From Bacillota bacterium (GTDB lineage: Bacteria; Bacillota; Clostridia; Christensenellales; SZUA-584), in NCBI GenBank assembly GCA_023436525.1, contig JAEZIW010000249.1, positions 1 through 40,681 of the forward strand: a stretch of 40,681 nucleotides of DNA, in the 5' to 3' direction. Of this stretch, positions 34,250 through 40,681 are shown piece after piece. Made by a program: the position numbers and the translations under genes. The notes beneath the pieces are model-generated. The model was not told the origin of the DNA and ran no database searches. It worked only from the letters and a program-made list of their open reading frames with translations. The number at the start of each line of letters is the position of its first letter. The stretch's first letter is position 1.

Positions 34250-35017
34250 CTATTTAATCGTAAATCCGCCGTCAATGAGCAGGTTGTGCCCTGTGATCAT
34301 GCCGGCTCCCTTGCTGCAAAGGAAAGCAATGCAGGCTGCAATCTCTTCAGGTTCCGCAAAACGCTCGGAAGGCATTTCTTTTTTAAACGCATCGCCCACA
34401 GGGCCGTCCCACGCCTTGTGCCCCAGTTCTGTCAGCACAACGGTTGGTGACACTGCATTGACGCGAATGCCGAATTTTCCCCATTCCATCGCGAGCACCT
34501 TGGTCATCGATATGATGCCGCCCTTGCTTGCGCAATAGGCCACATGCTTATCAAGAGCAATCACACCAGCCTGAGATGCCATGTTAACGATGCTTCCGCC
34601 GATGCCATTATCAATCATGTATTTGCCTACGGCCTGGGCCATAAAAAAGCTGGCCGACAGATTGATGCTGATGGTTTTGTGCCAGTAATCGGCGCTGATG
34701 GTTTCGGCGCTTTCCAGCGCAACAATGCCCGCGCTGTTCACCAGTATATCGATCTGCCCGAATGCCTTGACGCCCGCCTCAATCACCTTGGCCGGGTAGT
34801 CACCGTCGCAAATGTTACCGGCAACGCCGATGCAGTTGTCGCCCAGCTGCTTTGCAATTTCATCCACTTTGGGGTTCAAATCGGCCAAAATGATATTTAC
34901 ACCTTTTTCATGAAAGAACTTTGCGGTGGCATAACCGATGCCCGCCGCGCCGCCGGTGATGACCGCCGTTTTACCGCTCAGAGAAAAATCCGTATCGACA
35001 CCTTCGTATTTAAGCAT
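34250..35017 (-). CDS. short-chain dehydrogenase/reductase (probable polyol dehydrogenase)
   Basis: Cofactor motif TGGAAGIGYA and catalytic YCASKGG. Confidence 0.85.
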   Translation of the reverse strand: MLKYEGVDTDFSLSGKTAVITGGAAGIGYATAKFFHEKGVNIILADLNPKVDEIAKQLGDNCIGVAGNICDGDYPAKVIEAGVKAFGQIDILVNSAGIVALESAETISADYWHKTISINLSASFFMAQAVGKYMIDNGIGGSIVNMASQAGVIALDKHVAYCASKGGIISMTKVLAMEWGKFGIRVNAVSPTVVLTELGHKAWDGPVGDAFKKEMPSERFAEPEEIAACIAFLCSKGAGMITGHNLLIDGGFTIK

Positions 35018-35048
35018 TTTGCTTTTCCTCCCGTCACATTTTTATGAA

Positions 35049-35078
35049 AGGCGGACGGGCATTCAGCGCCGCCCGCCT
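35049..35078 (-). other. GC-rich intercistronic hairpin after the binding-protein gene
   Basis: On the minus strand, AGGCGGGCGG pairs with CCGTCCGCCT (10 bp including one G-U). Only TT follows, so this looks like an attenuator or mRNA-stabilising element rather than a full terminator. Confidence 0.4.
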
Positions 35079-35109
35079 CTCAGCATGTTTATTCTATAAC
35101 CGTGTGCTT

Positions 35110-36120
35110 TTAATATCTGCCCACATAATCAGCCGCGTTGTCGGGCGTGATCATTTCGAACGGAATCCAGTAGAACTTCTCTACCGCTTCGCCTTTGATG
35201 GCCTTCACAGCCGTATCAAGAGCGCCTGTCATCTGGCCTTCAGCGTTCTGGAAGTCGCTCGCGATCATTCTGCCTTCCTGAATCGCGGTCACAGCGTCGG
35301 TGATGCCGTCGATTCCGATGCACGGAATGTCTTTGCCTGCGGCTTCAATGGCTTCTCTCGCACCGAGTGCCATCTCGTCGTTTTCTGCAATCACAGCGGT
35401 GATGTCGTCACCGTATGTGCTGAGCCATGTTTCCATCAATGTCATCGCTTCCGCACGAGACCAGTTGGCTGTGTTACGGGCAAGCTCTTTGATATTGGGG
35501 TAATTGGCCAGTACGTTTTCAATACCTTCAATACGCTGAAGCTGCGCAGACTGACCCATGGGCCCTTCAATGATCACGATGTTGAACGCGTCTTTTCCAA
35601 GATAGTCGATCATGAACTTCATGATGTCTTCACCGGCCGAAACGTCCTGAGAACCCACATACGATGTTAACAGATCGCTTTCCACCATTGTGTTCACGCC
35701 CACCACCGGAACTCCGGCTTCGTGTGCCAGTTCCACAGCGGCCGCACAAGCCACCGCATCCTGAGGATTCAAGATAATGGCATCGCAGCCGTCGGCGATC
35801 ATCGTTTCAACTTGAGAAAGCTGTGTTGCAGCGTCATAGTTGCCATCGTACGATGTGTAGTCCACATTGTTTTCCGCAGCCCATTTTTTAGCCGCATTGT
35901 CCATACGCATGGTGAACTCGTTTTGGAGACTGTAGAAGGTGGCGCCAATTTTCAGCGTATCCGAAGCCGACTCAGAGGGTTCCTCTGATACCTCAGCACT
36001 GGGCTTTTCAGAAGGCTGTTCTGACGATTGCGCCGGTGCTGTGCTTGCGCAGCCAACAAGAGCAAATACAAGTGACAGCATAACCATTAGCATCGCTAAA
36101 GCTTTCATCGATCTTTTCAT
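35110..36120 (-). CDS. sugar/polyol ABC transporter substrate-binding lipoprotein (RbsB-like)
   Basis: Lipobox LVGCAS, a Ser/Glu/Pro linker, and a periplasmic-binding-protein type I fold. The start ATG 36120 follows GGGAGGA. Confidence 0.85.
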   Translation of the reverse strand: MKRSMKALAMLMVMLSLVFALVGCASTAPAQSSEQPSEKPSAEVSEEPSESASDTLKIGATFYSLQNEFTMRMDNAAKKWAAENNVDYTSYDGNYDAATQLSQVETMIADGCDAIILNPQDAVACAAAVELAHEAGVPVVGVNTMVESDLLTSYVGSQDVSAGEDIMKFMIDYLGKDAFNIVIIEGPMGQSAQLQRIEGIENVLANYPNIKELARNTANWSRAEAMTLMETWLSTYGDDITAVIAENDEMALGAREAIEAAGKDIPCIGIDGITDAVTAIQEGRMIASDFQNAEGQMTGALDTAVKAIKGEAVEKFYWIPFEMITPDNAADYVGRY

Positions 36121-36180
36121 TTTTATTCCTCCCAATATTTTTTACTTCACACGATTTACGTATGAATTATTAAATTCTGA

Positions 36181-37161
36181 TTAATTGTCCGAGCTCAGGC
36201 CGTCCAGCATCACCGCGCCGATAACGACGAAGCCCTTGATAATGAGCTGATAATACGCGTTGATACCCAGCATATCGAGACCGTTTGTCAGGCATTGCAG
36301 CAACAGTATACCGATGATTGTTCCCCACAAACGCCCCCGGCCGCCCGCGAGACTTGTCCCGCCGATAACCACCATGGCGATAGCATTGGTTTCATAGCCG
36401 TCTCCTGTGGAGGTGACACCCGAGGTCACACGCGCTGTGGTGATGACACCGGCCAAAGCGGCCAGAATACCGGAAATGATGTAAACGCTGCAGATGATCC
36501 ATTTGGTGTTAATACCCGAGACATGTGCCGCATTTAAATTGCCGCCCACAGCGAATATATAGCGCCCATAGCGTGTCAGATAAAGCAGCGTGAAGCAAAT
36601 CAGCAGCACCACAATCATGATCACAATGGGGATTGGCAGCCAACCGCCGATGCTCCCGCCGCCAATGGCTTTAAACTCGGCATTCAGGCTCGGTATCGGT
36701 TTCGCATCCGTCAGCAGAAAGGTTAAGCCTTTTGCAATGCTCATGGAACCGAGCGTACCCACAAAAGCCGGAACCTTCAAATACGATATGCAAAGACCGT
36801 TAAACAAACCGATCGCAAGCCCGATTCCAAGACCCACCAGCACGCCGATATACCACGGATAACCCATGCTGTTTTGGGCAAAATAGGCCGAGAACATACC
36901 GGCACATCCCATAATGGCACCCACCGAAAGGTCGATTCCGCCGGTCAGCACCACGAATGTCATGCCGATAGCCAGCAGGCCGTTGATGGATGCGATACGC
37001 AGAACGTTGCGGATGTTTTCTCCGCTCAAAAAATTCGATTTGAGCGCCGACATGATGATGATCAATATAACGAGCCCAATCAGCGACCCGAAAATGGATA
37101 CAAATTGTTTGGGGGACATCCTGTTCTTACTCACAGCCAGGTTGGAAGCTTGATTATTCAT
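36181..37161 (-). CDS. sugar ABC transporter permease (RbsC-like)
   Basis: A 326-aa polytopic protein of the BPD_transp_2 type (GGIDLSVGAIMG). Confidence 0.85.
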   Translation of the reverse strand: MNNQASNLAVSKNRMSPKQFVSIFGSLIGLVILIIIMSALKSNFLSGENIRNVLRIASINGLLAIGMTFVVLTGGIDLSVGAIMGCAGMFSAYFAQNSMGYPWYIGVLVGLGIGLAIGLFNGLCISYLKVPAFVGTLGSMSIAKGLTFLLTDAKPIPSLNAEFKAIGGGSIGGWLPIPIVIMIVVLLICFTLLYLTRYGRYIFAVGGNLNAAHVSGINTKWIICSVYIISGILAALAGVITTARVTSGVTSTGDGYETNAIAMVVIGGTSLAGGRGRLWGTIIGILLLQCLTNGLDMLGINAYYQLIIKGFVVIGAVMLDGLSSDN

Positions 37162-37172
37162 TCCTATCGCTC

Positions 37173-38672
37173 CTATCGTTCGAATATTTTTTTCATATGC
37201 TTATAGTGCATCTGCACAATGCTCTGTTGAGAGAACTCATCGCGGTGCATTTCGCCGCTCATCTCATGGTTGCTTAGCACGATGATTCGGTCAGACATGC
37301 CCATCGCTTCGGGCATTTCGGATGAAACCATGATGATGGAATATCCTTGCGACACATACTCACCCATGATCTTATAGATTTCGGCCTTCGCCCCCACGTC
37401 GATACCGCGTGTCGGCTCATCGAATATGATGATTTTCGGCGCGGTGATCATCCATTTGGCAAGCACCACCTTCTGCTGGTTGCCGCCCGACAGTGATTTG
37501 ACCGACTGCCGCGGGCTTTTCACCTTAACCCCGAGCGCCTTCACCTGTTCGTCAACCACCGCCGCTTCCCTCAGCTGCTGCAGCAGGCCGGTTTTGGTGA
37601 AGCTTTTTAATGAGGAGAGCGTCATGTTATGATGCACGCCCATCGGAAGAACAAGCCCTTCACCTTTGCGGTCTTCCGTTACATAAGCCATACCGTTTTT
37701 TATGGCTTCCTGCGGCTTTTTAAACTGAACCTTTTTTCCGTTGAGATAAATTTCTCCCGAATCGGGATGCGTCAAGCCGAATATCGAATGCATCAGCTCG
37801 GTTCTTCCGGACCCCACCAGACCGACAAACCCCAAGATTTCGCCTTTGTGAAGCTTAAAGCTGATATTCTCATACTGTTTGGCTTTGCACAAATTCTTAA
37901 CTTCAAGCACCGTCTCGCCGATTGGCACCTGCCTTTTGGGAAACTGCGCTTTGAGCTCACGGCCAACCATGCTCTTTATCAACGTGTCAGAATCCACATC
38001 GCCGGCTTCCCATGTGTTCACATTGGCCCCGTCGCGCAGCACGGTAATTTCGTCTGCGATACGGAAAATTTCATCCATCTTGTGAGATATGTAAATAATG
38101 CCGGTGCCGCGTGATTTTAGCCCCTTGATCATTCGAAACAGACTTTCCACTTCATGATCCGTAATCGCCGATGTCGGCTCATCCATAATCACAATACGCG
38201 CGTTCTGAGAAAGCGCCTTGGCAATCTCGACCATCTGCTGGTCGGCCACCCTCAAATTTTTCATTTTTGTTTTCGGGTTGATGGTGATGTTCAGCTCTTC
38301 CAGCAGCTCACTCGTGTTTTTGTACAGCTGTTTGTAGTTGATGATACCCATCTGCACCGGCTCGCGGCCAAGAAATATATTTTCGGCAACAGACATCTCG
38401 GATACCGCAGACAGCTCCTGATGGATCATAGCCACGCCCAGCAACCTTGCTTTAGACGGCGAGTCGATTTCCACAGGTTTTCCGTCTATTTTGATGGAAC
38501 CCGAATCACACCGGTGAACCCCGGCAATCACCTTCACAAGCGTTGATTTCCCCGCACCGTTTTCGCCCATCAGCGCATGAACGGTTCCTGCTCTCAAACA
38601 AAAATCGACACCGTGAAGCACTTCAAAGCCGTAATAGCTTTTTCGAATTCCATTCATCTCGACCAGATTCAT
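37173..38672 (-). CDS. sugar ABC transporter ATP-binding protein (duplicated ATPase, RbsA-like)
   Basis: Walker A GENGAGKST, IIFDEPTRGIDVGAK, LSGGNQQKV. Two fused nucleotide-binding domains. Confidence 0.9.
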   Translation of the reverse strand: MNLVEMNGIRKSYYGFEVLHGVDFCLRAGTVHALMGENGAGKSTLVKVIAGVHRCDSGSIKIDGKPVEIDSPSKARLLGVAMIHQELSAVSEMSVAENIFLGREPVQMGIINYKQLYKNTSELLEELNITINPKTKMKNLRVADQQMVEIAKALSQNARIVIMDEPTSAITDHEVESLFRMIKGLKSRGTGIIYISHKMDEIFRIADEITVLRDGANVNTWEAGDVDSDTLIKSMVGRELKAQFPKRQVPIGETVLEVKNLCKAKQYENISFKLHKGEILGFVGLVGSGRTELMHSIFGLTHPDSGEIYLNGKKVQFKKPQEAIKNGMAYVTEDRKGEGLVLPMGVHHNMTLSSLKSFTKTGLLQQLREAAVVDEQVKALGVKVKSPRQSVKSLSGGNQQKVVLAKWMITAPKIIIFDEPTRGIDVGAKAEIYKIMGEYVSQGYSIIMVSSEMPEAMGMSDRIIVLSNHEMSGEMHRDEFSQQSIVQMHYKHMKKIFER

Positions 38673-38827
38673 GATTTACCCCCTCACTTGCTTGTTAACA
38701 GCTTTGCCATCATTATTGCAGATTTCAGCCGCAAAACGGTGACTTAAATACACCCCTATGTGCAGCGCTTTCACGCCGCAGTCGGCCATGTCAACGTTTT
38801 TTTCCTTTTTGTTTTTGTTCAGCTTAG

Positions 38828-39838
38828 TCAGCCACTATGATTGCCACAAGCAAAATCATTTAAGGCGACTGGATACGCAGGAATATCCAGCAACCGCGTT
38901 AATTCGTCATCAAGGCTCATCACCGTCAGCGTTACGCCCATCATATCAAGCGATGTGAAGTAGTTCCCGATATACGCACGATGAATGCCTATTTTTTTCT
39001 CTGTGAGCACGTCGTCAATACGGCTGTAGAGTATATTCATTTCACTGAGCATGGTGTTGCCAAGACCCGAGATCATAACAGCGGCTTTGTCTCCGCTGCC
39101 CATAGGCATATCTTTGAGTATCTCCTCCACCATGATGTCGGCGGTGGCATTGGCTGTTTTTAGTTTACAGGTATCCATACTCGAAAACCCGTGATGCCCC
39201 ACACCGATCTCCATTGTTCCCAGCTCAATCACATAGTTTGGGCGGCCTACCTCGGGAATAATGCAGCTTGCCAGGCCGATGCCGATGCTGCGCATGCGGC
39301 GAAGCGCCTTATTCGTTACAGCTTCAACGTCGTCCAGCTGGTATCCCAAAGACGCGGCGGCTCCGCCTATTTTCCAGAGCAGAACTTCGCCCGTCATACC
39401 CCGTCTTACCTCGGGGTCGCTGTCGGAAACATCCTCATTGGCCATCACCATCTTAACGGCAATACCGTCCTTTTCGGCAAGCTTAGCGGCTGCGCGCACG
39501 CTGGCGATATCCTTTGGATAATTGCCAAACAAGCAGACAACACCCTGGCCGGCATTCGCTTCTTTGAATGCCATGTAAAAAGACTCGACGGACGGAGGCA
39601 TGAATACATCTCCGATGGCAACGGCATCCAGCATGTTTTTTCCGATATAACCCATAAACGCAGGGTCGTGGCCCGATCCGCCGCCGCTGACTATGCCCAC
39701 CTTGCCCGCCACCGGAGCGGCTTTATACTTGATGGTACGAGAGCAGCCTGTATGGGTTACCTGATTGCGATAACATTTGACAAAACCGGCAATCGATTCG
39801 TCGACCATGCTCGCCGGATTATTGTACAGCTTTTGCAT
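38828..39838 (-). CDS. second DhaK-family paralog with no adjacent DhaL
   Basis: GGGSGHDPAF and GVGHHGFSS (the co-operonic DhaK has GIGHHGEPG). It aligns with DhaK at 33218..34231 along its full length. Confidence 0.8.
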   Translation of the reverse strand: MQKLYNNPASMVDESIAGFVKCYRNQVTHTGCSRTIKYKAAPVAGKVGIVSGGGSGHDPAFMGYIGKNMLDAVAIGDVFMPPSVESFYMAFKEANAGQGVVCLFGNYPKDIASVRAAAKLAEKDGIAVKMVMANEDVSDSDPEVRRGMTGEVLLWKIGGAAASLGYQLDDVEAVTNKALRRMRSIGIGLASCIIPEVGRPNYVIELGTMEIGVGHHGFSSMDTCKLKTANATADIMVEEILKDMPMGSGDKAAVMISGLGNTMLSEMNILYSRIDDVLTEKKIGIHRAYIGNYFTSLDMMGVTLTVMSLDDELTRLLDIPAYPVALNDFACGNHSG

Positions 39839-39861
39839 ATTTCCTCCGCTTGGCCTGTTCT

Positions 39862-40443
39862 CTAATTTTCTGAAACTGTCTTGTAATAGCTGATATAAAC
39901 CGCAATCTCTTTGTCGCTGAATTTTTTGCTTTTCTTACCGACGAAAACGAATGGCTTCATCATTTTATATGTGTTTTTGTGTTTATTCATATTGAGAAAC
40001 TCTGACTTCCCTTCGGCAGCGGCACTGATATGGTTAAACAGAGCAGCCGTGTCAAGCTCCTTTTGAGTAATCAGCTCGTCCAGCCGAATCACGGACGCGT
40101 CCAAACCATCAAGCCCCATTTCGGCTTCTTTTTCGGCTATCAGATCCACCAGCGCCACATAGATTTTGATAAACGTTGTGATTCTTAAATCATTGCTTCG
40201 GCTGTATTTCTGATTAAACCCCGCCGGATCCCACCCGATATGTTTACTGATTTCTGCATTGCTGATACCATACCGGCCCGAAATAACATTCAGCCGCGTA
40301 TAAACGCAGTCAATCAAATAATCTTTTGTAATTTTCTTTAATGCCAGTTCCTCAAACTCTGTCACGTTAACCTCCCGCAACTGATGTATAACATTGCGGA
40401 CAAACCCCAGCAGCAATGCATATTGGCCTTGAAGCATCACCAT
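39862..40443 (-). CDS. uncharacterised HTH (XRE-like) DNA-binding protein, probable operon regulator
   Basis: HTH-like segment RLNVISGRYGISNAEISKHIGWDPAGFNQKYSRSNDLRITTFIKIYVAL, followed by an unrecognised C-terminal half. The start codon is uncertain. Confidence 0.55.
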   Translation of the reverse strand: MVMLQGQYALLLGFVRNVIHQLREVNVTEFEELALKKITKDYLIDCVYTRLNVISGRYGISNAEISKHIGWDPAGFNQKYSRSNDLRITTFIKIYVALVDLIAEKEAEMGLDGLDASVIRLDELITQKELDTAALFNHISAAAEGKSEFLNMNKHKNTYKMMKPFVFVGKKSKKFSDKEIAVYISYYKTVSEN

Positions 40444-40681
40444 TCAATACAAAGAAATGAGCCACAGTGTATCTTGGAAACCCGGCATACGCCGTTTCAT
40501 GAGTACACTATATCATGCTGTACTTTGTATGCGAATGCGCCTAAAACACATGATATGAGCTTATTCGCAAAGTATTAATTTGTATTATTATTGAGTTGTT
40601 TCCGCGAGATTATGCTTTTAAGCAGGTGGCAGGCCAGCCGAATCAGGCAGTTTTTCATTCATTTATCACTTATTATATGGT

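Noticed and set aside
38673-38827. A TTGACA hexamer and small GC palindromes (GCCGACTGCGGC, GTGCAGCGCTTTCAC) between the orphan dhaK paralog and the ABC ATPase gene, considered as an internal promoter or operator.
   Set aside because: There is no acceptable -10 element at 16-19 nt, and the palindromes are short and imperfect. This cannot be supported from the sequence alone.
1-40681. A scan of the whole window for CRISPR arrays, tRNA/rRNA genes, IS elements, integrases, phage genes, toxin-antitoxin systems or defence systems.
   Set aside because: I found no direct-repeat/spacer periodicity, no cloverleaf-like or rRNA-like segments, and no transposase, recombinase or defence-type ORFs. The only decay signatures are the ABC ATPase relic and the FakA-like fragment.

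Overview
The window looks like chromosomal DNA from a strictly anaerobic, Clostridia-like Firmicute. Supporting signs are GGAGG-type RBSs, lipobox lipoproteins, tight operons with ATGA-type stop/start overlaps, and AT-rich intergenic promoters. I saw no rRNA, tRNA, CRISPR array, transposase or integrase. Content in order: (1) the 3' part of an [FeFe]-hydrogenase gene plus a small [2Fe-2S] protein. (2) A minus-strand pdxK-metN-metI-metQ operon. (3) A decayed relic of a sugar-ABC ATPase gene. (4) A 12-gene energy-converting [NiFe]-hydrogenase locus, echABCDEF-hypABFCDE, behind a near-consensus promoter that abuts a Rex-like inverted repeat, followed by a methyltransferase gene. (5) A minus-strand HD hydrolase / cysteine desulfurase / TtcA-like PP-loop ATPase unit and a FakA-like fragment. 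(6) secDF. (7) A divergent TetR / small membrane protein pair. (8) The most interesting region, 24.5-31.1 kb: selD-lysR followed by an operon encoding an HgdC/BcrA-type ATP-dependent activase, YedF, a class-V desulfurase/selenocysteine-lyase-like enzyme, DUF3343, a single-subunit HgdB-fold double-cubane-type reductase, and a second DUF3343. Both transcription units are preceded by a shared LysR-type box. (9) A polyol (probably tetritol) catabolic operon: HTH regulator, orphan DhaK paralog, sugar ABC transporter, SDR dehydrogenase, DhaK, DhaL, RpiB. All family assignments come from motifs read by eye in the supplied translations. No database search was run.
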